DNA of 40,387 bases from Shigella phage SFPH2. The notes under the pieces were generated by a model that saw only the letters and a program-made list of their open reading frames with translations, searched no databases and was not told where the DNA came from. The stretch is taken from the sequence record MH464253. One strand, written 5' to 3'. The translations under genes and the position numbers were made by a program. The number at the start of each line of letters is the position of its first letter. The stretch's first letter is position 1. This document shows positions 21,000 to 28,653 of the stretch, piece after piece.

Positions 21000-21290
21000 T
21001 TAGTTTGTGAAAGATACGTTGAAGGAACGCACAGGCGAACCGTCATACCCAACAATCACCAGACCTTCCACGCCAGAGGTGGCCTTGAAGTAGAGACTGT
21101 TGGTTCTACGGGAGTAGCTAACACCATCAGGCGTAGTCACCTCAAGCAGCGACCAATCGGTCACGTCTGAAAGCTCAGGGAAGTCAACCTTCAAGCTGGT
21201 TCCCACCGTAGAACTGTATGTCTCTAAGGTAGGACCCTCTGTAGAGAGGGCCTTAAAGGTCGTTAGCCCGCTGACGCTGCTGTGAAAACC
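21000..21290 (-). CDS. gp10B: Capsid 10B C-terminal extension read in -1 frame from slippery GGTTTTC (minor capsid protein via programmed frameshift)
   Basis: -1 frame open from the GGUUUUC heptamer (plus 21284-21290) across the 10A stop for 94 codons to TAA at 21000. Confidence 0.6.
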   Translation of the reverse strand, partial: GFHSSVSGLTTFKALSTEGPTLETYSSTVGTSLKVDFPELSDVTDWSLLEVTTPDGVSYSRRTNSLYFKATSGVEGLVIVGYDGSPVRSFNVSFTN

Positions 21291-22312
21291 AGTGCGCCTG
21301 CCGCTTCTGGACGCAGACCGCCGTGACCCATAGCGTACTTACCGACAATCAGGTCGCCCTGAGCATCGACGTCGCGGTCACGTTCCAGCGCCAAGTCACG
21401 CAGCTTGACAGTACCAACAGCAGAACGGTGAGAGAACAGGCCCACAACGTTGTCCAGAGCAACCTTAACGGTAGAGCTGGAGGTCGCCGGGAATGCGTGT
21501 TTCTGACCAGAAGCAATGGAGATACCATCGTCACCACGGGTTTCGCCAGCACCACCCTGAGTCAGGTGAGGAACTTCAACCACAACGAAGCCCATTACGT
21601 TACGGATGTTGCCCGTCTCAGGGTCAATCAGCGCAGCGTAGTTAGCAGCGTTAGGCATCAGAGCCGCCAGAATCGCGGAGTAGTTGTCAGGGGTGGTGTA
21701 GAAGTAGCGGTCGCCAGCAGGCACGTAGTTGGAAGTCAGCTTCGCACGTGCGATGGTCAGTTGACCGATGATAGCTTCGCCCAGCTTGGCTGGAGTGTTC
21801 AGGTCGGCTTTTGCACCAACTTCCAGAACTGACGCCTTGCCCAGACCCGCGATGTTCTCGTCGGATGCAGCCGGGAGGTTACACAGAATCGCCATCTCAG
21901 CCAGTACAGCGCCATCAGCAGCGATAGCCAGAGCCTCACCGAGCTGGTTGGAATACTCGCCAGCCACGTCATAGTGGTTCATGGCGTCTTCGATGTCGAA
22001 AATCATCACGTCAGCGGTCAGCAGACCATCAATGGTGATAACCTTCTCAGTGTGTTTGATACCCTTGCGCTTATCGCTCAGGCGCTCACCGGGAGCAAGA
22101 TACACACCTGAGGTGCGACCCATTACCGGGAACTGTGCGGACTTACCGTTCTGAATGGTGCGGACAATATGTTTGTCAGCGGTAACAGAGCGGCGAGTGA
22201 AAGCTGTCAGGACTTCACCAGCGAAGACCTTAAGGAACAGTGCGAGCTGGTCTGCACTAGATTTGCCCTTACCTTGGTCTGCACCAATTTTCTGACCCGG
22301 AACGTTTGCCAT
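21263..22312 (-). CDS. gp10A: Major capsid protein 10A
   Basis: 349 aa; LALFLKVF.GEVLTAF.R.SVT...HTEKVITIDGLLTADV...DIEDAMNHYDV...ALMPNAANYAALIDPE...VGTVKLRDLALER match T7 gp10A. Confidence 0.97.
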   Translation of the reverse strand: MANVPGQKIGADQGKGKSSADQLALFLKVFAGEVLTAFTRRSVTADKHIVRTIQNGKSAQFPVMGRTSGVYLAPGERLSDKRKGIKHTEKVITIDGLLTADVMIFDIEDAMNHYDVAGEYSNQLGEALAIAADGAVLAEMAILCNLPAASDENIAGLGKASVLEVGAKADLNTPAKLGEAIIGQLTIARAKLTSNYVPAGDRYFYTTPDNYSAILAALMPNAANYAALIDPETGNIRNVMGFVVVEVPHLTQGGAGETRGDDGISIASGQKHAFPATSSSTVKVALDNVVGLFSHRSAVGTVKLRDLALERDRDVDAQGDLIVGKYAMGHGGLRPEAAGALVFTAASAG

Positions 22313-22409
22313 ATGATAATTCTCCTATTCGAATGAAAGAAATAAAGTTTAGTTACTTCGTTATGCCCAATCCGTATGGACTGAAGTTACAGGGAAACCT
22401 TGATCTTGG

Positions 22410-22432
22410 TCTCCCTATAGTGATAGTTTAGT
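22410..22432 (-). promoter_or_regulatory. Phage RNAP promoter (phi10 position): ACTAAACTATCACTATAGGGAGACC
   Basis: Full consensus; leader begins GGGAGACC and folds 5' stem-loop, SD GGAGA before capsid ATG. Confidence 0.9.
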
Positions 22433-22436
22433 CCTC

Positions 22437-23318
22437 TTACAGACTAGACGCTGCAACCTTAGCGCGTACCTCCATTGTGTACTTCGCGTCACGCAGGTAG
22501 CGTGGGTCACTCATTGCCTTGACCATATCAGCCTTGGAGCTGAAACCTTCGGTCTGGACCTTCGGCGTAGAAACCGCTGGCTTACCTTGAGTAGTCAGTG
22601 TACGCTGAGGTGCAACGCCACGGGTCTTACCGAGGTTACGACCAGCCAGATTCAGGATGGCCTTAGCGGTCGCAAGGTCCTTACGGATGATTGCAGACTC
22701 AAGGGCTTCCTTGGTTGACTTATCGTTCGCCTCAAGGTGTGACAGGATGCGGTTAAACTGCTCAGCCCCACCAGCGTAGCGAACCACACCAGCAGCGTAC
22801 TGCTCAGCCAGAGCTTCCTGACCACGGACGAATGAATCGACGAAACGCTTTGTGTAACCAGCTTCAGCCAGCTTAGCATAGGATGCCTCGGACAGCTCAC
22901 CTTTAGAGGCGTATTCGGCCTTAATAGCGGTGATGTCATCAGCAGTGACCTTGCCAGCCTCTACAGCAGCAGAAACCATGTCGTCGAAGGCAGCTTCGTT
23001 CTCGTTCAGAGCGGTGACACTTTCGGTCAGCTCTTTAGGAGTTTCACCCAGTTCGACAAACTCTTGGTCATCACCTTCGGTATCAGACTCATCGTCGTTA
23101 CCTTCGGTATCATCACCTTCAGTCTCTTCGACGTTATCGTCTTCTTCGGTAGCCTCTTCGTTCTCGGCTTCCAGTTGCTTGAAGGTAATAGCATCATCGC
23201 CATCGCGAACTGCTACGTCCTGTTCGAGCATAGACCGCTGGTGTTCGTTCAGGTCCTCAACGGAGCCAGTGATTGCATTAGGGCTAACGCCGAACTCGGC
23301 ATAAACTGATTGGGACAT
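22437..23318 (-). CDS. gp9: Capsid assembly scaffold protein
   Basis: 293 aa acidic protein; FGV...RDGDDAI, SYAKLAE.GYTK.F.DS..RGQEAL.EQY, KAMSDPRY match T7 gp9. Confidence 0.93.
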   Translation of the reverse strand: MSQSVYAEFGVSPNAITGSVEDLNEHQRSMLEQDVAVRDGDDAITFKQLEAENEEATEEDDNVEETEGDDTEGNDDESDTEGDDQEFVELGETPKELTESVTALNENEAAFDDMVSAAVEAGKVTADDITAIKAEYASKGELSEASYAKLAEAGYTKRFVDSFVRGQEALAEQYAAGVVRYAGGAEQFNRILSHLEANDKSTKEALESAIIRKDLATAKAILNLAGRNLGKTRGVAPQRTLTTQGKPAVSTPKVQTEGFSSKADMVKAMSDPRYLRDAKYTMEVRAKVAASSL

Positions 23319-23405
23319 TGAGTCGTTCTCCTTTGGTAGTTAATAGGTTACGGGACAGAGTATGGTAGCTCCCAGTGGCACACTCGCGGTGAATGTGTGT
23401 CCCGT

Positions 23406-23428
23406 TGTTCCTATAGTGATAGTTAAGC
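23406..23428 (-). promoter_or_regulatory. Phage RNAP promoter (phi9 position): CTTAACTATCACTATAGGAACAA
   Basis: Consensus match overlapping portal 3' end. Confidence 0.85.
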
Positions 23429-24991
23429 CTGAGCCATATCCTCACCAGCCCCTTGACCAACAGCAGCGCCCATGTTCGCACCAGCAGCACCAGCACCTTG
23501 GACTACTGCATTTTGGGACGACTGCTCAGCCATGCGCTGAATCTTCTCGTCCTGCGTCAGGAGTAGACCGGATGTGTCGATACCCAGAGCGTTGAGAAGT
23601 CTCAGCTTAAGGGTAGGTAAGTTAATGTCCGGGTCCTGAGCCAGAGGCTGAAGTCCAGTCATCATGTTCACCGCCTGAGTCAGCTTCTCCAAGTCCTGAC
23701 CACGACCCAACGCTTCCAGACCAGTGGAGACCGTAGGCTCTACCGCTTCTTTCGGAAGGTCGGGAATCATGCCAGCGGACTGAAGCTGGTTTAACAGCAC
23801 ACGGACCAGAGGCAACTGCATCTCCTGAGACTGCACAGAGTACACGCCACCTAAGGTCGCCTCCAGTTCGCCAGCAACATAACGAATCTCTTCAGCAGTC
23901 ACTCGCTCAGCATTACGCTGAACAGCACTATTAAGAAGGAAGGCCCAGCCTAGACGTTGCTCGATAGCGTCAGCCACCGACTTAGCAATCGTAAAGTCCT
24001 GACCTTTCGTCAGTTGCAGGAAGTTGATGTCCTCTACTCGACCCGCCACGAACTCACCTGTAGCCGCCTTGTTCAGACGTCGAGGTTGCGTGATACCGTT
24101 CGGGTTAACGAGGCCCACCACTTTGGAGGCTACCTTAGCCATTTTGGTGATAGCTTCTGTAATCGTCTCCAGCGAGTTCAGGTCTCCCAGATATTCCTCG
24201 CAGTAAGAACGACCATAGTCTTCACCATCCAGTCGAACCATTCGTACCGGGATGTAAGGACAGGCATTCAGCGGGTAGGAACCATCGGTCCCTTTCACCT
24301 CTATGCCCTCCACTTCCTCATATCGCAGGTACTCATCGTCCTGACGATAGATGTGCGTGTAGACTTCAAGCTCGGTGTCCGGCTCGTAGTCATCAGCGTT
24401 TAGCTGAGACTTAACGTCTTCCGGCAGTGCGCTGTAAGCCACCTTGTCTAGGGTGACAATCTGGAGCACGTTACCGAACGCATCACGCTGGACCACATAG
24501 GAGACCAGACGATACATGCGCATAGGACTATAGGTCCCTTGCTCAGGTTCAGGAACGTACAGTAGACAGTTGCCTGCGACGATAAGTTGCTTAAGGGCCT
24601 CGAACAGCGGGACACGGAAACTGTTAGTCTCCATGTAGGCCATCAGGACACGCTCGACCATAGCCAGACCCTCATCAACACGGGCAGCAGCCTCAGAGTC
24701 TTGACTCAGGGCCTTTGCCTCATATTCAGAGACGGTAAGTCTCATCCACGGGGCTTGTGGGAACAGGGCCAGCATCAGCTTGGCAGCGAGGTTGTTCAGA
24801 CAGCGAGCGCCCACCGCCTGCCACGGAGTCGTATACTCGGTTGAGGAGTTGTCAGACTCTTTCGGAAACAGCGACGGTATGGTGACAGCAGCGCAGTTCT
24901 GAGCACGGGTCTCATACGGCTGTCGTCCGTTCTTCAGTCGGTCATAGACCGCTTTGGCTCCTTCAGCAGCGAAGCCTTCACGTTCAGCCAT
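23423..24991 (-). CDS. gp8: Portal (head-tail connector) protein
   Basis: 522 aa; RLKN.R.PYETRAQNCA..TIPSLFPK.SDN.ST.Y.TPWQAVGAR and downstream blocks match T7 gp8. Confidence 0.96.
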   Translation of the reverse strand: MAEREGFAAEGAKAVYDRLKNGRQPYETRAQNCAAVTIPSLFPKESDNSSTEYTTPWQAVGARCLNNLAAKLMLALFPQAPWMRLTVSEYEAKALSQDSEAAARVDEGLAMVERVLMAYMETNSFRVPLFEALKQLIVAGNCLLYVPEPEQGTYSPMRMYRLVSYVVQRDAFGNVLQIVTLDKVAYSALPEDVKSQLNADDYEPDTELEVYTHIYRQDDEYLRYEEVEGIEVKGTDGSYPLNACPYIPVRMVRLDGEDYGRSYCEEYLGDLNSLETITEAITKMAKVASKVVGLVNPNGITQPRRLNKAATGEFVAGRVEDINFLQLTKGQDFTIAKSVADAIEQRLGWAFLLNSAVQRNAERVTAEEIRYVAGELEATLGGVYSVQSQEMQLPLVRVLLNQLQSAGMIPDLPKEAVEPTVSTGLEALGRGQDLEKLTQAVNMMTGLQPLAQDPDINLPTLKLRLLNALGIDTSGLLLTQDEKIQRMAEQSSQNAVVQGAGAAGANMGAAVGQGAGEDMAQA

Positions 24992-25005
24992 TTGTCACCT
25001 CCTGC

Positions 25006-25257
25006 TTAAATTGAGATACCGCCACCGGATGTGCGAGAGACCTGAAGTCCACGCTTACCAGTTGACTTGACCTTCTTCTTATCGGTCTCGGTCACATCGG
25101 TCTCAACGTCAGTCACTTGGTCCTGAGGCACTTCTACCGGAGCAGCAGCTACCTGAACGTCCTGAGCTTTAGGCTGAGGAGCAGAGGGTCCCAGACCAAC
25201 TGTGTTCAGTGCGCCACCGACAACTTTCTTAAAGGCTTTACTAATGGATTTACCCAC
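25006..25257 (-). CDS. gp7.3: gp7.3-like virion protein
   Basis: 83 aa, MGK..K..KKV start and C-terminal SGGGISI as in recalled T7 gp7.3. Confidence 0.7.
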   Translation of the reverse strand: MGKSISKAFKKVVGGALNTVGLGPSAPQPKAQDVQVAAAPVEVPQDQVTDVETDVTETDKKKVKSTGKRGLQVSRTSGGGISI

Positions 25258-25651
25258 GGTTAATCTCCTTGGTTGTAACGATGTCTACTGGCCCATTGTG
25301 CTTGACACGGGACCACCAGTTAAGACCCCATCGTCTGCACTCTCCGTCAATAATGTGTCTGACAGTCTCAAGAACCTTGCGGGAGGACTGCGAGTCACTA
25401 CGGATAGCGAGAATGGAAAGGTCAAGACCGGGAGTCTTTCGATGCCAAGACGATGAGGCCAGCATGTAGAGGTAGGCCACTGGCTTACACTCATCATCGT
25501 AGATTGTGTACTCCTCACCTTCAAGCTCATCAGCCATACGAAATGTATGTTGTTTGAACTCAGAGAATGAGGCGAAGTCAGACTGTCCGTCTTCCCAGAG
25601 GCGTTCAGCAGCCATGCGGCGACCGTCGCTTGAGTTTCGGTAGTGGAGCAT
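25250..25651 (-). CDS. gp7-position protein (133 aa)
   Basis: Synteny and identical length to T7 gp7; sequence not independently recognised. Confidence 0.55.
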   Translation of the reverse strand: MLHYRNSSDGRRMAAERLWEDGQSDFASFSEFKQHTFRMADELEGEEYTIYDDECKPVAYLYMLASSSWHRKTPGLDLSILAIRSDSQSSRKVLETVRHIIDGECRRWGLNWWSRVKHNGPVDIVTTKEINRG

Positions 25652-25655
25652 AGTC

Positions 25656-25880
25656 TTACCCCATGTTCACGCCGGAAGCTCGCATAGCGCGACTCACGGA
25701 CGATTTATCTTTCGGTGCAGACTCCTTCTTGACTTTCAGGTCTGAAATACCTTTGGTCTCTTTGGTGTCTGCGTCAGCCTCTGCCCCGATGTCGACACTG
25801 GCTACTTCCTCGCTCAGAGGTGCAGGCTCAGGTGCAGCGGTCGATGGCTTCGGAGTGCTAATCTTCGGGCTGAAACACAT
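25656..25880 (-). CDS. gp6.7: gp6.7-like virion protein
   Basis: 74 aa starting MCFSPKI as recalled for T7 gp6.7. Confidence 0.7.
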   Translation of the reverse strand: MCFSPKISTPKPSTAAPEPAPLSEEVASVDIGAEADADTKETKGISDLKVKKESAPKDKSSVSRAMRASGVNMG

Positions 25881-25889
25881 AGTCCCTCC

Positions 25890-26162
25890 TTAGTCGAACT
25901 GAATGTTGTCCTTCAGGTTCTGACGCTTAGCCAGCGCAGAGTCCACAGACTCCGAGGCATAGCCCAGACCAGCGATGAACCCAGCAATATAGGCATCACT
26001 GTAGCCAGCAGCCTTCAGGTCACGGATTGTCCCACAACGGGATACATACCGCTCGTTGAACAGAACGTGAAGGAATTGGATAGCGGACTCGGAGAATGCA
26101 GGGACCTTAAGTCTCTCGTCGAGTTGCTGATTAACAATATCATCAATGGCTTTCAGGCCCAT
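25890..26162 (-). CDS. gp6.5-position hypothetical protein (90 aa)
   Basis: First ORF after phi6.5-position promoter; SD GAGGAG upstream. Confidence 0.6.
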   Translation of the reverse strand: MGLKAIDDIVNQQLDERLKVPAFSESAIQFLHVLFNERYVSRCGTIRDLKAAGYSDAYIAGFIAGLGYASESVDSALAKRQNLKDNIQFD

Positions 26163-26224
26163 CTTAAAGTCTCCTCTTAAAGTATTAACTTAAGTTTATC
26201 TTATAGTCATAACTTAGGTCCTAA

Positions 26225-26247
26225 AGTCCCTATAGTGATAGTTTAGT
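26225..26247 (-). promoter_or_regulatory. Phage RNAP promoter (phi6.5 position): ACTAAACTATCACTATAGGGACT
   Basis: Full consensus in the gp6/gp6.5 intergenic region; preceded by GGGCC-loop-GGCCC hairpin (plus 26346-26363). Confidence 0.88.
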
Positions 26248-26369
26248 GTTTCACCCATGGGTAGCTGTAGGTCGATAGGTTATGACTATCGGTTAAACTC
26301 AATGCTTAGGACGGTTTGTCCCACTGAACGTGTACAGTAAGTAAAGGGCCAGAAGTCCGGCCCAATACA

Positions 26370-27239
26370 CTACATGGAGGGTGTCCACAGAATGACCTCC
26401 TTGGACTTAGGGTCGTAGTCAGATGCCCGACAGATGCGAGCGACCTGAGCTTGGACCAGTAGTTCCTGTTCGGTCATCCCGGCTTTAGCAGCCAGAGTCA
26501 CCATGCAGTCCCACAACGTCTGGTCTTCGCGCTTCGGATACTTCTTCCACTCTACCTTGAGCTGACCTTTGTTCTTACCAGTCTTCAGCTCGCGGGTCTC
26601 TTGCACGAAGTAGTACGGCTCGTCAAGGAAAGCACGGGTAGTGTCCTCACCGTACCCCGGAATACCGCCGTAACCATCCGTCATGTCACCCTTGATGGTC
26701 TGCTCCATGTGCCAGTAATCTGCCTCGGCAGTCGTGTGGCTCAGGATTTCACCAGTGGTTAACCAGAAGAACTCACAGTTCGGGATAGTCTTGAAGTCCT
26801 TATCACAGGACACCAGCACCGCATGGTCGCAGCCCACAATCTGAGGGCGCGTACCAATGATTCCCATACAGTCATCTCCCTCAAGCGTTGGCTTCAGGAA
26901 GCTGTTGAACCGTGGGTCAGCCATCACTTCAGCTACGAACTTCTTGTATCCTACAGGCTTTCGAGAACCTTTACGGTTGGCCTTATAGGTGGGAAGTACG
27001 TCCTTGCGCCAGTTGGCGTCATCGGTGAAGCACATCACAATCTTAGCGTCTTTCCACGCCTTGCGCTTCTTGACGATTTCAGCGATGGTGTTCTCAAGGA
27101 TACGACGGGCTTTCTCGTGGTCGCAGATAAGGGTCCAGATGTCGTCGCCCCAGTCAGTCTCATCTTCAGCCGCAGCCATAGAGGAGAAGACAAGATAGTC
27201 GCCATCAAGCACCAGAGCTATCTTCTTCTCAGAACCCAT
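26370..27239 (-). CDS. gp6: 5'-3' exonuclease
   Basis: 289 aa; DGD.LVF...CDH.KAR.ILE, NWRK...YKANRK..KPVGY, LEGDD.MG.I, SCDKDFKTIPNC.F.W.TTG, KGD.TDGY.GI.G, TLWDC...AKAGMTE match T7 gp6. Confidence 0.95.
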   Translation of the reverse strand: MGSEKKIALVLDGDYLVFSSMAAAEDETDWGDDIWTLICDHEKARRILENTIAEIVKKRKAWKDAKIVMCFTDDANWRKDVLPTYKANRKGSRKPVGYKKFVAEVMADPRFNSFLKPTLEGDDCMGIIGTRPQIVGCDHAVLVSCDKDFKTIPNCEFFWLTTGEILSHTTAEADYWHMEQTIKGDMTDGYGGIPGYGEDTTRAFLDEPYYFVQETRELKTGKNKGQLKVEWKKYPKREDQTLWDCMVTLAAKAGMTEQELLVQAQVARICRASDYDPKSKEVILWTPSM

Positions 27240-27678
27240 CGTCCAGACCTCCCGTAGCCATAGTGACCGTAGCTGGCATCAAGGAAACTTTAGGCTCCTC
27301 AATACGTTCCAGAGTTACCTCAGGCTTCAGCCATTTGTTGGCGAACTCATGGGCCATGTCATTGTCCTCTGAGTTGAGGTGTGACATCAGGCTCCAGAAG
27401 TTTGAAGACATCTCGGTCTCCTTCTCAACCGGGCGATATACGCCCCAGTCATTTACCTCTGAGCCGTAGCTGTCGCCCCACATACCACTGGCTACGATGG
27501 TCAGGCCGATGAACGGACGCCACTCGTAAGCCTCAGAGGGAGACTCGGCGTATGACTCAACGTCCTTCTCGGTCAGGGTGTATGACCAAGATGCGTAGAA
27601 CTCAGCGTACTTTCGGTGCTCCTTCTCGCACTCGCCCATTTCAAGGACCAGCTCTTTCAGACTTTCAGGTATCTTCAT
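27229..27678 (-). CDS. Acidic, aromatic-rich hypothetical protein (149 aa) at the gp5.9 locus
   Basis: ATG at 27678 in ATGA overlap with gp5.7 stop, GGAGG SD; about 29 Asp/Glu vs 13 Lys/Arg, many Trp/Tyr; track start at 27732 lies inside gp5.7. Confidence 0.6.
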   Translation of the reverse strand: MKIPESLKELVLEMGECEKEHRKYAEFYASWSYTLTEKDVESYAESPSEAYEWRPFIGLTIVASGMWGDSYGSEVNDWGVYRPVEKETEMSSNFWSLMSHLNSEDNDMAHEFANKWLKPEVTLERIEEPKVSLMPATVTMATGGLDDGF

Positions 27679-27884
27679 AGACAGCCTCCGTGTTGATTCA
27701 GGAACTTGGTGCCAGCAGCGGTAATCTCCCACGCACCGTTGTTACGCCCATCCATAGACAGGCAGCTTAGATGTCCACGACTCGCAGCCTCAGCCACAAG
27801 TGCAGCGTTGTTGCGCACATAGTTGGACTGAAAGGTCTTCGGGCAGGACTTAAGGGCCGCTAGGACCCGTAAGTATTCACTCAT
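27675..27884 (-). CDS. gp5.7: gp5.7 protein
   Basis: 69 aa; MSEYLRVLAALKSCPKTFQSNYVRNNAALVAEAASRGH.SCL...GRN.GAWEITA.GT.FL...GGC near-identical to T7 gp5.7. Confidence 0.92.
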   Translation of the reverse strand: MSEYLRVLAALKSCPKTFQSNYVRNNAALVAEAASRGHLSCLSMDGRNNGAWEITAAGTKFLNQHGGCL

Positions 27885-28165
27885 TGCTTGACCTCGAATC
27901 GCAGGTTGGATACTCCGAACTGGTCATCACCAAAGGCGTCTACCAGCTCTTCCTTGACGGTCTTCTTGACGGCAATTTCAAGGGCAGACTCAGGACCTGA
28001 CTCGATTGCTGTTTTGACCAGAGCCAACTGAAGTCCATCCAGCTTCTCACCCTCAGCATAGGCTTTAGTCATCTCAGCAAGCTGACGACACCTTGTCTCT
28101 TCTTCCTTTGAGCTAACAACCATCTTCAGGTCAAAACTCACACGAATACGTTTAGTAATAGCCAT
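27881..28165 (-). CDS. gp5.5-position protein (94 aa)
   Basis: Synteny and size similar to T7 gp5.5 (H-NS-binding protein); sequence only weakly recalled. Confidence 0.55.
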   Translation of the reverse strand: MAITKRIRVSFDLKMVVSSKEEETRCRQLAEMTKAYAEGEKLDGLQLALVKTAIESGPESALEIAVKKTVKEELVDAFGDDQFGVSNLRFEVKQ

Positions 28166-28170
28166 TAGTG

Positions 28171-28653
28171 TTACTCCTGTTTAAATTGTCCGTACTTCTT
28201 GTCAGACGTTAAGTTTATACACATAGAGGTCTTGACTCTAACCTCTTCAGTGAACGGTATAAGCCAGAGGCAATCCTGATAAACAACCGCTAGTAGGTCG
28301 ATGTCTCCCGGACTGTAAGTTGGCTTACCGCATCCTCCCAGCCTTACCTGTATGCTATTACAGTTCTTCAGCTTCGTTCCGGTCTTGACCTGAACCCTAG
28401 TAAGGGTCCCGTCTATATCGACCACCAAGTCTGCCTTTGACTGCGTGAATGCTGGGAGGAATACTTGATGCCCTTTGGCTGTCAGCCTATAGCTTACATA
28501 TAGCTCACTAGCAGCACCAGTGAAGTGCTGGGACTTTCCGTCAATGGCATTCTTTCCACGTTGGTCCAATCTTACCCTCCGTATCAAGTTCACACTTGAA
28601 GTTATAGAAGCGTCCGACCTCACGCATAGCCTCTTGAGCAATACGGACGACAT
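28171..28653 (-). CDS. Hypothetical protein overlapping DNA polymerase 3' end (160 aa); possible PD-(D/E)xK-like motif
   Basis: Only ATG (28653, SD AGGAGA) lies 113 nt inside gene 5 in another frame; SELYV...ADLVVDIDG...VQVK spacing resembles E..D..(E/Q)xK nuclease core. Confidence 0.45.
   Translation of the reverse strand: MSSVLLKRLCVRSDASITSSVNLIRRVRLDQRGKNAIDGKSQHFTGAASELYVSYRLTAKGHQVFLPAFTQSKADLVVDIDGTLTRVQVKTGTKLKNCNSIQVRLGGCGKPTYSPGDIDLLAVVYQDCLWLIPFTEEVRVKTSMCINLTSDKKYGQFKQE

Noticed and set aside
22930-23304. 124-aa Ser-rich plus-strand ORF
   Set aside because: Low-complexity mirror image of the acidic scaffold gene on the opposite strand; compositional artefact.
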